DNA of 32,000 nucleotides from Pseudomonas aeruginosa (GTDB lineage Bacteria; Pseudomonadota; Gammaproteobacteria; Pseudomonadales; Pseudomonadaceae): NCBI RefSeq assembly GCF_001457615.1, contig NZ_LN831024.1, positions 900,001 to 932,000 of the forward strand, read 5' to 3'. Shown piece by piece: positions 17,931 to 25,642 of this stretch (position 1 is its first letter; each line of letters starts with the position of its first letter). The notes under the pieces were generated by a model. It saw only the letters and a program-made list of their open reading frames with translations, ran no database searches and was not told where the DNA came from. The position numbers and the translations under genes were made by a program.

Positions 17931-19312
17931 GATGGGCGCTCCAGCAGTTCGCCCAGGCAATCGCGGAGCAGGCGGTCGTGCAGTTCGACGTCCTCTGCGC
18001 GGGTCGCCGGGCAGGTCAGCGCCATGTTGTGGAATGGCGTCAAGAGCACGCCGCGGTTGAGCAGGTAGAGGTGCAGGCAGGCCTCGATCAGGCCGTTGCG
18101 TGCGTGGTGGGCCTCGCCGCCGTTGCGCGGGGCGTGGGTCATGAACAGGTACTCGACGCGCGCGCCGATGCGCGTCACGTGCCAGGGCAGGCGCAGTTCC
18201 TCGAGCGTCGCGCGGACGCCCGCCTCGAGCTGCGCGGCGAGCTGGAACATGTGCCGATAGGCGTCCTCCGTCATCACTTCGGCGAAGGTCGCGCGCATCG
18301 CCGCCAGTTGCAGCGCGTTGCCGGCCAGGGTGCCGCCAAAGCCGAAATGGTTGATCGCCTGCCCCGGTCGGAAGTGCGGCAGTACCGCCCAGATCCGCTC
18401 CGCCTGCGCCTGGCTGCATCCCCAGACGGCGCTGGGAATGCCGCCGGCGATGCATTTGCCGAGGACGAAGAAGTCCGGCTCGAGGCCATGCGCGCCGCTA
18501 TAGCCGGCGGGACCGCAGGAGATGGTGTGGGTCTCGTCGATGATCAGCGCCACGTCGTGGCGGCGGGTCAGTTCGCGCAGGCCGGCGTGGAAGCCTTCGG
18601 CCGGCGGGACCATGCCGACGTTGGTCATGAAGGGTTCGGTGAGCACCGCGGCGACGTCGCCATGGGCGAGGGCGGCCTCCAGCGCGTCGAGGTCGTTGAA
18701 TTCCACCAGGCGGGTGGTGGTGGCGTGGCGTACGCCATTGGGGTGAACGCCCGCGCGCGGAACCATGCGCCCGGCGGCGTCGAATTCCACCTGCGATTCG
18801 TCGACGCTGCCGTGGTAGTTGCAGTTGAACACCACCACCTTGTCGCGTCCGCTGAGCATCCGGCACAGGCGCAGGACGAAACGGTTGGCGTCGGTGGCCG
18901 AGGTGGTCACCTGCCAATAGGGCAGGCCGAAGCGCCGCGCCAGTTCGGCGCCGACCCACAGGCTGTCCTCGGTCGGCAGCATCAGGGTCGAGCCGCGCCG
19001 CGCCTGGCGGGCGATGGCGTCGGCCACCGCCGGTTGGGCGTGGCCGAACATGGCGCCGCTATCGCCGAGGGCGAAGTCGACGTACTGCTGGCCATCGATG
19101 TCGGTGACGCGCGCGCCCTGGGCCTCCTTCACCAGCAGCGGGCAGTTGCCCGGCCACTGTTGCATCCAGTGCAGCGGTGCGCCGTATAGCCAGTGGCGGC
19201 GGTTTTCCCGGTAGGCCTGGGCGGAGCGCGGATGCAGTTCGTCGAAGCGTCGCAGCTCGCGCTTGAACAGCGCTTCGACGCGGGCCAGGTCGAGGCCGAA
19301 GGTGGTGTCCAT
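17927..19312 (-). CDS. Class-III PLP-dependent aminotransferase (glutamate-1-semialdehyde-aminomutase-like)
   Basis: Starts MDTTFGLDLARVEALFKRE at 19312, giving 461 aa. It has DFALGDSGAMFGH, IIDETHT and the PLP-lysine context FFVLGKCIAGGIP. The SD (GAGGA) overlaps the stop of the upstream gene, with an 8-nt gap. The 748-aa track ORF extends through the upstream gene. Confidence 0.85.
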   Translation of the reverse strand: MDTTFGLDLARVEALFKRELRRFDELHPRSAQAYRENRRHWLYGAPLHWMQQWPGNCPLLVKEAQGARVTDIDGQQYVDFALGDSGAMFGHAQPAVADAIARQARRGSTLMLPTEDSLWVGAELARRFGLPYWQVTTSATDANRFVLRLCRMLSGRDKVVVFNCNYHGSVDESQVEFDAAGRMVPRAGVHPNGVRHATTTRLVEFNDLDALEAALAHGDVAAVLTEPFMTNVGMVPPAEGFHAGLRELTRRHDVALIIDETHTISCGPAGYSGAHGLEPDFFVLGKCIAGGIPSAVWGCSQAQAERIWAVLPHFRPGQAINHFGFGGTLAGNALQLAAMRATFAEVMTEDAYRHMFQLAAQLEAGVRATLEELRLPWHVTRIGARVEYLFMTHAPRNGGEAHHARNGLIEACLHLYLLNRGVLLTPFHNMALTCPATRAEDVELHDRLLRDCLGELLERPS

Positions 19313-19320
19313 GGGCGTCC

Positions 19321-20145
19321 TCACAGGTCGTGGCGGGTCTGGTTGAGCACCTGGGCCAGGGCGCCGACCGGGAAGTTCACCGGGGTGGCGAAGTCGTCGT
19401 CCTGGTAGCCGAAGATCTTGCCGTCGGTGCGCCCGGCTTCCAGGTCGATCAGCAGCACGCCGAGGGTCGGCACGATCTTCTCGCGCCAGACGAACAGGTA
19501 CAGGCGTTCGGCCAGTCGGTAGCAGTGGCAGCGGTCGGTATCGGCCAGCCCTCGCTCGGCGCCGCGCAGGCATTGCCAGGTGTAGAAGGCGGGATTGAGG
19601 TAGATGTGTTCGTAGGCCTCGCTGGCGCTGTAGACGTAGCGGTTGCGCAGGCCGACCAACTCGTCGCTGGGGACGTGCGGGCAGGCGCCGGGCTGCCACG
19701 GGCGGTCGAGGCTGCCATGCAGGAACTCGGCCTCCACGCCGGTCAGTTCCCGGCCGGCCAGGGCCCGGGCGAACAGGCCCTGTTCGCAGGCCGCGCGGTC
19801 GGGCAGATGGCCGAGCACCGCGGTGAACGCCTGGTTGTCGAAGTCCAGCACCAGGCTGACCGAGACCGGCCGGCCGTTTTCCTGCTTGAGGAAATCCACC
19901 AGGTAAAGGTTTTCCCGCAGTGAACTGGCGCGGTAGTCCGACTCGCCGCTGGCACTGCCGTCGGCCAGGCGCCAGCGCAGGCGCTGCGAGTCGAAGGCAT
20001 GTTCGATGACCCAGCCGTTGGCGAAGTGCAGGACCCGTTCGAGCCCGGCGAGATCGCCGCAGGCGGGAAGGACGTGGTTGTCCGGAGCGAAGCCGTCGGC
20101 CAGGGCGCCGACGGTGATCCATCCGGAATGCGAGTGGGCGGACAT
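19321..20145 (-). CDS. Conserved hypothetical protein, two-repeat beta-rich fold; possibly MoaF-like (monoamine-regulon protein F family)
   Basis: I prefer the start at 20145 (MSAHSHSGWITVGALADGF), because GAGGAG lies 6 nt upstream. The track start at 20232 has no SD. Two internally similar halves are visible (NLYLVDFLKQENGRPVSVSLVLDF vs RLYLFVWREKIVPTLGVLLIDL). The MoaF assignment is from memory only. Confidence 0.6.
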   Translation of the reverse strand: MSAHSHSGWITVGALADGFAPDNHVLPACGDLAGLERVLHFANGWVIEHAFDSQRLRWRLADGSASGESDYRASSLRENLYLVDFLKQENGRPVSVSLVLDFDNQAFTAVLGHLPDRAACEQGLFARALAGRELTGVEAEFLHGSLDRPWQPGACPHVPSDELVGLRNRYVYSASEAYEHIYLNPAFYTWQCLRGAERGLADTDRCHCYRLAERLYLFVWREKIVPTLGVLLIDLEAGRTDGKIFGYQDDDFATPVNFPVGALAQVLNQTRHDL

Positions 20146-20259
20146 AGGGTTCTCCTCGTCGTGGGAAACCCATGCTGGCCTGTCTTCGAGTATCCCGATA
20201 TCGACCGGATGGTTGATAGGTCGATATGCCACGGAAATAGCACGGAGCGGCGAAGGGAA

Positions 20260-20460
20260 AGTTATCGAAGATGAAGTTTTAGATGAGTTTTCGTTTCTTC
20301 TTTTTTGGTTTTTTAGTTAATGGGTTCCTGTTCTTCTATAAGTATTTTCTGAATTTATTCTTATGTACTTATTGGCTGTTATCGGAAATGGACTACATAT
20401 GTTTTCGTATGATTATTATTTTTAAATCCTGTCTTTCTTTCTAGTATTTGGGTCTGCGTT
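20260..20460. promoter_or_regulatory. AT-rich divergent control region between the aminotransferase operon and cupB1
   Basis: Hand count gives 53 G+C in the 180 nt of 20281-20460 (29%), against about two-thirds for the surrounding genes. The region contains the tandem AGATGAAGTTTT/AGATGAGTTTT (20269-20291), T-tracts, and TAAGTA (20339-20344) facing TTCTTA/TACTTA (20358-20371). Confidence 0.6.
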
Positions 20461-20615
20461 TATCAGGGCGCAATCTTCGGCTGTCGCGTAATGGTCGGAG
20501 GCGCTCTAGGCGGCCGTTCCGGTTGCGCGCAAAGGCTTGGCTACCTTGGCCGGTTCGTACTGCATCGGCTCTCCAGGGAGCAGCCAGGATGTTCCACAAC
20601 TCCAAAGGAAATCAG

Positions 20616-21185
20616 ATGAACAAGTTCAAACGTGCAATTCTTGCGCCCCTCGTTGCGTCGGGCACCCTTCTCGCGCTGATGTCCCCCGTGGCCCATGCGG
20701 TCGATGGGATCGTCAACTTCTCGGGCAACATCACCGAAGTCGCGTGCGATATCAACGGCCAGGCGCCGGGTGCGGGCAACGTCACCAACGTCGACCTGGG
20801 TATCGTGGCGCCGACCCATTTCACCGCCGTCGGAACCAACTCCACTTTCCAGGAGTTCGATCTGGTCCTCTCCGGTGCCGGCTGCACCAATGACAAGAAG
20901 GTTTCCATCGCCTTCGATCAGGTCACCAACGTCGACCGTATCAGCGGCAACCTGATGCTGATGGGGCCGTCGGAAGCCAAGGGCGTGCAGATCCAGATCT
21001 TCAACAATTCGGCGACCAACACCACGAAGATCCCGCTGGGCTTGGTCGAGGCCGCCCCGCAGAAGGCAACCGTCGTGAAGAACACGGCGACCCTGAAGTA
21101 CAAGGCCTCCTATGTGTCCACCGAGAAGGCCGTGACCGCGGGTACCGGCCTGTCCCGTATTCGCTACCTCCTGGCGTACGAGTAA
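20616..21185 (+). CDS. cupB1: Chaperone-usher fimbrial major subunit CupB1
   Basis: ATG 20616 follows AAAGGAAATCAG. The signal peptide is MNKFKRAILAPLVASGTLLALMSPVAHA. The mature VDGIVNFSGNITEVACDI...C pilin disulfide pattern and the C-terminal beta-strand RIRYLLAYE are present. Position and family match the PAO1 cupB cluster. Confidence 0.88.
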   Translation: MNKFKRAILAPLVASGTLLALMSPVAHAVDGIVNFSGNITEVACDINGQAPGAGNVTNVDLGIVAPTHFTAVGTNSTFQEFDLVLSGAGCTNDKKVSIAFDQVTNVDRISGNLMLMGPSEAKGVQIQIFNNSATNTTKIPLGLVEAAPQKATVVKNTATLKYKASYVSTEKAVTAGTGLSRIRYLLAYE

Positions 21186-21215
21186 GCGGCGGTCGACGGA
21201 CGAAGAGGTGAGGCC

Positions 21216-21962
21216 ATGGCGCCGCTAATGCATCGTTTTCATTCTTTCGTGGCGGCAAGCGCCGTGGCCATCGCCCTGTGCGTCGGAACGGCTCACGCCG
21301 GGCTGATCGCACAGGGCACTCGCGTCGTCTTTCCGGCCAGCGAGCGCGAGGTCACCTTGCGGGTCAGCAATACCTCCGGCACTCCCGTGCTGGCGCAAGC
21401 CTGGATCGACGATGGCCGGCAGGACGTTCCCCCCGAGGAACTGCAGGTTCCCTTCAGTGTCACGCCGGCCGTGACGCGAGTGGAGCCCAATGGCGGCGCC
21501 GTATTGCGCATCGCCTACCTGAAGGCCCCGTTGCCGACGGATCGCGAATCGCTGTTCTGGCTGAATATCCTGGAAGTTCCGCCCAGGGACGAAGACGAAA
21601 ACAATGCATTGCAGTTTTCCTTTCGTTCGCGCTTCAAACTCTTCTTTCGACCCAGCCAGTTGAAGAGTGTCGATTCGGCTGCCGGGAAACTTCAATGGAA
21701 GTTTCTGGAGTCAGGGGGAGCAGGAAAAAAGACCGTAGTACAGGTAAATAATCCGACGCCTTACTACGTTTCGTTCGCCAGCGTCGAATTGATTGTCGAT
21801 GGCCGTGTCATGTCCGTGGGAAAGGGAATGGTCGCGCCATTCTCGACGAAGGAGTTCGACTGGCAGGGAAATCCGAAGAATCTAGAAGCCGCTTCCGTCA
21901 GATACGAAGTCATCAACGATTACGGTGGCCGCAATACCCTCGATAGGGCACTCGGCAAATAA
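21216..21962 (+). CDS. cupB2: Periplasmic fimbrial chaperone CupB2 (PapD-like)
   Basis: 248 aa. The signal peptide ends TAHA. It has TRVVFPASEREVTLRVSN, LAQAWIDD and the PapD-type motif ESLFWLNILEVPP, followed by a C-terminal domain. A GAGGTGAGG SD is present. Confidence 0.9.
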   Translation: MAPLMHRFHSFVAASAVAIALCVGTAHAGLIAQGTRVVFPASEREVTLRVSNTSGTPVLAQAWIDDGRQDVPPEELQVPFSVTPAVTRVEPNGGAVLRIAYLKAPLPTDRESLFWLNILEVPPRDEDENNALQFSFRSRFKLFFRPSQLKSVDSAAGKLQWKFLESGGAGKKTVVQVNNPTPYYVSFASVELIVDGRVMSVGKGMVAPFSTKEFDWQGNPKNLEAASVRYEVINDYGGRNTLDRALGK

Positions 21963-21996
21963 CCCCTCCGTTTCCCCGCTTTTTACTTACGGCCCG

Positions 21997-22040
21997 ACAT
22001 ATGAGTGGCGATTTTAAAATCGCTGCAGGGATTACATATG
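21997..22040. promoter_or_regulatory. Palindromic element in the cupB2-cupB3 spacer
   Basis: ACATATG-agtg-GCGATTTTAAAATCGC-tgcagggatt-ACATATG. The 16-nt perfect palindrome lies at 22008-22023. It is flanked by identical ACATATG heptamers (21997-22003, 22034-22040). The second heptamer contains the candidate cupB3 ATG, and the AGGGA SD lies right after the hairpin. Confidence 0.45.
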
Positions 22041-24818
22041 CCCAAAGTTTCTCTTCATAGGTGCCTGTCCGCTCCCGCTTACGGTGGGCAGGTCGCCCTG
22101 TTGCGAATGGCGATACAGGGAGGGATCGCCGTTCGTTCCCTGCGATTCGCCTGTCTGCTGGCACTGTTTCCTTCGCTGTCCTCCTGCCAGTCCTGGTCCT
22201 CCGTCGGCGCCGCCGGCGTAGCCGGGGCGAAAGCGAAGGAGGCCAGGGCGGGAGCACCGGCGAAACAGCCGCAGGCGCCCGCGGTGGCCGTTGCGTCACC
22301 GGCCGGCGGGTTGGACGCACCGTCGCGGCGGATCGTCTTCGACGCGCAGATGCTGGCCCTGGGGCCGGGCGGACGCTCGATCGATACGTCGCGTTTCGAG
22401 CGCGGCGACGTCATCGAGCCAGGCCGCTATCGCCTCGACCTGCTGCTCAACAGCCGATGGCGTGGCGTCGAGGAAGTCGAGCTGCGCCGCCAGCCGGGGC
22501 GGGAAAGCGCGGTCTTCTGCTACGACCGGGGCCTGCTGGAGCGGGCGGGCATCGACCTGGAGAAGAGCGCGCGTGGCCAGGACCGTTCCTCGGCTCGCGA
22601 TCCTCTGCCCGAAGGTTTGCACTGCGACCCTCTCGAGCGCTATGTGCCGGGGGCCCGGGTCAAGCTCGATATCGCCGAGCAGTCGGTCTATGTCTCGGTG
22701 CCCAGCTATTACCTGAGCCTGGATTCTTCGAAGACCTATGTCGATCCGGCGAGCTGGGACAGCGGCATTTCCGCCGCCTTGCTCAACTACAACAGCAATC
22801 TCCACGTCAGGGAAAACCACGGCAGGAGCGCCACCAGCGGCTATGCCGGGATGAACGCCGGCTTCAATTTCGGGCGGGCGCGCCTGCGCCACAACGGCAC
22901 GGCCACCTGGTCGCGCCGCATGGGCAGCCATTACCAGCGTAGCGCAACCTATGTGCAGACCGACCTGCCGGCCTGGCGTGCGCAGTTATTGCTGGGAGAA
23001 AACTCCACCAGCAGCGAGTTCTTCGATGCGGTGTCCTTCCGTGGAGTGCAGCTTTCCAGCGATGACCGGATGCTGCCGGATTCGCTGCGCTACTACGCTC
23101 CGGTGGTCCGTGGGACCGCCAGTACCAATGCGCGGGTATCGGTCTACCAGCGCGGCTACCTCATCTACGAAACCACGGTGGCACCCGGGGCGTTCGCTCT
23201 CGACGAACTGCAGACCGCCAGCTATGGCGGGGACCTGGAAGTGCGGGTGACCGAAGCCAGCGGGGAAGTCCGCAGTTTCATCGTGCCGTTCGCCACCACC
23301 GTGCAACTGCTGCGCCCCGGAACCACGCGCTACAGCCTGACGGCCGGGCGGCTCAACGATCCCAGCCTGGAGCGTCGGCCGAACATGCTGCAGGGCGTCT
23401 ACCAGCGCGGCCTGGGCAACGACGTCACCGCATACGCGGGCGGGGCCTTCACCGGCAGCTACATGTCCGGATTGATGGGCGCGGCGCTGAACACGCCGGT
23501 GGGCGGATTCTCCGGTGACGTGACGCTGGCGCGTACCGAGGTTCCCGGCGGCGACCGCCTTAGCGGCTCCAGTTACCGCCTCGCCTACAGCAAGAACCTG
23601 CCGAACACCGGCACCAACTTTTCGCTGCTCGCCTATCGCTACTCCACCGGCGGCTATCTCGGCCTGCGCGACGCGGCCTTCATGCAGGACCGGGTAGAGC
23701 GAGGCGAGCCGCTGGAGTCGTTCTCGCGCTTGCGCAATCGTCTCGACGCCAACATCAGCCAGCAACTGGGCAACGGCGGCAACCTTTACCTGAACGGCTC
23801 CTCGCAGCGCTACTGGAGCGGCGGCGGGCGGGCGGTCAACTTCTCCGTCGGCTACAGCAACCAGTGGCGCGACGTCAGTTACTCCATTTCCGCGCAACGC
23901 CTGCGCAGCCAGTACGAAGGCTTTTCCAGCGGTGACAGGCGCGGCGAGACCAGCACGCTGTTCAGCCTGAACCTGTCCATTCCGCTCGGCGGCGCTGGAC
24001 GCGGGTCGCCGACCCTGAGCAGCTACCTGACCCGCGACAGCAACAGCGGAACCCAGCTCACCAGCGGGGTTTCCGGCATGCTGGGCAAGCGTGGCGAGGC
24101 CTCCTACTCGCTGTCGGCCTCCCATGACCGCGACAGCCGGCAGACCTCGAAGAGCGCCAGCCTCGACTATCGACTGCCGCAGGTCGAACTCGGCTCCAGC
24201 CTCTCGCAGGGACCGGGCTATCGGCAGTTGTCGGTCAAGGCCGCGGGGGGCCTGGTCGCGCACAGCGGCGGGATCACCGCGGCACAAACCTTGGGCGAGA
24301 CGATCGGCCTGGTCCACGCGCCAAACGCCAGGGGCGCGGCTGCCGGCTACTCGGGAAGCCGGATCGACCGCCACGGCTATGCGGTGATTCCCAACCTGCT
24401 GCCCTACCAGTTGAACAGCGTCGACCTCGACCCCAACGGCATGGCCGACGAGATCGAACTGAGGTCCAGTTCGCGCAACGTGGCGCCCACCGCCGGAGCG
24501 GTGGTGCGCCTCGACTATCCGACGCGGGTGGCAAGGCCCTTGCTGGTGGATAGCCGGATGCCCAGCGGCGAGCCCCTGCCGTTCGCCGCGGAAGTGCTCG
24601 ATGCCCACAGCGGGCAGTCGGTGGGCGCCGTCGGCCAGGGCAGCCGCCTGGTGCTGCGGGTCGAGCAGGATCGCGGCTCGGTTCGGGTGCGCTGGGGCAA
24701 CGAGCCGCAGCAGCAGTGCCTGGTCGACTATGCGCTGGGCCCGCGCGAGACGACGCCTCCCGTCCTGCAACTGGCATGTCGCCCGGCGTCGGCCGCCGAC
24801 CGGGAGCGCACGCTGTGA
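22038..24818 (+). CDS. cupB3: Outer-membrane fimbrial usher CupB3 (N-terminally extended; 'P-usher' in the literature as I recall)
   Basis: The canonical usher NTD begins at VFDAQMLALGPGG...DTSRFERGDVIEPGRYRLDLLLN, followed by a long beta-barrel and the C-terminal domains. The start is uncertain. ATG 22038 has an AGGGA SD. ATG 22107 (MAIQGGIAVRSLRFACLLALFPSLSSC) gives a normal-length signal peptide. The track start at 22005 is a GTG. Confidence 0.88.
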   Translation: MPKVSLHRCLSAPAYGGQVALLRMAIQGGIAVRSLRFACLLALFPSLSSCQSWSSVGAAGVAGAKAKEARAGAPAKQPQAPAVAVASPAGGLDAPSRRIVFDAQMLALGPGGRSIDTSRFERGDVIEPGRYRLDLLLNSRWRGVEEVELRRQPGRESAVFCYDRGLLERAGIDLEKSARGQDRSSARDPLPEGLHCDPLERYVPGARVKLDIAEQSVYVSVPSYYLSLDSSKTYVDPASWDSGISAALLNYNSNLHVRENHGRSATSGYAGMNAGFNFGRARLRHNGTATWSRRMGSHYQRSATYVQTDLPAWRAQLLLGENSTSSEFFDAVSFRGVQLSSDDRMLPDSLRYYAPVVRGTASTNARVSVYQRGYLIYETTVAPGAFALDELQTASYGGDLEVRVTEASGEVRSFIVPFATTVQLLRPGTTRYSLTAGRLNDPSLERRPNMLQGVYQRGLGNDVTAYAGGAFTGSYMSGLMGAALNTPVGGFSGDVTLARTEVPGGDRLSGSSYRLAYSKNLPNTGTNFSLLAYRYSTGGYLGLRDAAFMQDRVERGEPLESFSRLRNRLDANISQQLGNGGNLYLNGSSQRYWSGGGRAVNFSVGYSNQWRDVSYSISAQRLRSQYEGFSSGDRRGETSTLFSLNLSIPLGGAGRGSPTLSSYLTRDSNSGTQLTSGVSGMLGKRGEASYSLSASHDRDSRQTSKSASLDYRLPQVELGSSLSQGPGYRQLSVKAAGGLVAHSGGITAAQTLGETIGLVHAPNARGAAAGYSGSRIDRHGYAVIPNLLPYQLNSVDLDPNGMADEIELRSSSRNVAPTAGAVVRLDYPTRVARPLLVDSRMPSGEPLPFAAEVLDAHSGQSVGAVGQGSRLVLRVEQDRGSVRVRWGNEPQQQCLVDYALGPRETTPPVLQLACRPASAADRERTL

Positions 24819-25555
24819 CCGGCGTCGGCCTGGGACGATGCGGCACGGCCTGGGTCCTGCTGGTGGCGCTGGTGGCCGATGCCTCCGCCTCGCTGTCCGT
24901 GATCGGGACCCGTTTCATCTATCCGGCGGGCGTTTCCGCGCTGACGATTCGCGTCGGTAACGTCGGGACGCGCCCGGCCCTGGTCCAGGCCTGGCTCGAT
25001 CGCGGCGACGAGACGGCGGACCCGAGCGCTGTCACGGTGCCGTTCATCCTGTCGCCGCCGCTGTTGCGTATGGACCCGCAGGAGACCCAGGCGCTCCAGC
25101 TTCGCCATACCGGCGAGCCGCTGCCGGACGACCGGGAATCGCTGTTCTGGGTCAACCTGCTGGAGGTGCCGGGGCGGGAGGACGGCAGCGGCAACCTGCT
25201 GCTGGTGAGCTACCGCCTGCGGATGAAGCTCCTGTTCCGTCCGCAGGGTCTGGCCGGCGATCCGCGAGCCGCCGCGCGCCAGGTCGTCTGGCGCCTGCGT
25301 CCGGCGGTACGGCCGGGGCAGCGGGCGCTGCTGGAGGCGGACAACCGCAGTCCCTATCACGTTTCCCTGGTGCGCCTGGAGCTGGGCGAGGGCGACCTCG
25401 CCATGTCCCTCGGCAGCGTCACCCTGCCGCCTTTCGCCCTTACCCCGTTGAGTCTGCCGGCCGTGCCCGGCGAGGCGGCGCGGGTCCATTTCGATGCGGT
25501 GGGGGATGACGGCCAGATCGAGCGTGGCGACGCGCCGGCAGAGAGATACCCGTAG
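24815..25555 (+). CDS. cupB4: Second periplasmic fimbrial chaperone CupB4 (PapD-like)
   Basis: GTG 24815 overlaps the cupB3 stop (GTGA) and yields a 25-aa signal peptide (..AWVLLVALVADASA). An alternative ATG at 24776 is possible. It has TRFIYPAG, LVQAWLD and ESLFWVNLLEVP chaperone motifs. Confidence 0.82.
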   Translation: MTGVGLGRCGTAWVLLVALVADASASLSVIGTRFIYPAGVSALTIRVGNVGTRPALVQAWLDRGDETADPSAVTVPFILSPPLLRMDPQETQALQLRHTGEPLPDDRESLFWVNLLEVPGREDGSGNLLLVSYRLRMKLLFRPQGLAGDPRAAARQVVWRLRPAVRPGQRALLEADNRSPYHVSLVRLELGEGDLAMSLGSVTLPPFALTPLSLPAVPGEAARVHFDAVGDDGQIERGDAPAERYP

Positions 25556-25642
25556 GAGTTCGGCAGGGCCCGGGGAGTTGGGCTCCTGCCGTAGCACGGC
25601 CCTGCGAATAGGTCGCGGGGTTTCACTGGAGGAAGGAAGCAC

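Noticed and set aside
19321-20232. Track start at 20232 for the MoaF-like ORF (303 aa)
   Set aside because: No SD precedes that ATG, whereas GAGGAG sits 6 nt before the internal ATG at 20145. The extra 29 residues lie in the AT-shifted promoter region. The choice is still uncertain.
22001-22060. 19-codon mini-ORF (MSGDFKIAAGITYAQSFSS) starting at the first ACATATG in the cupB2-cupB3 spacer, considered as a leader peptide
   Set aside because: No SD precedes it. It overlaps the candidate cupB3 start out of frame. The ATG is more simply explained as part of the repeated ACATATG heptamer.
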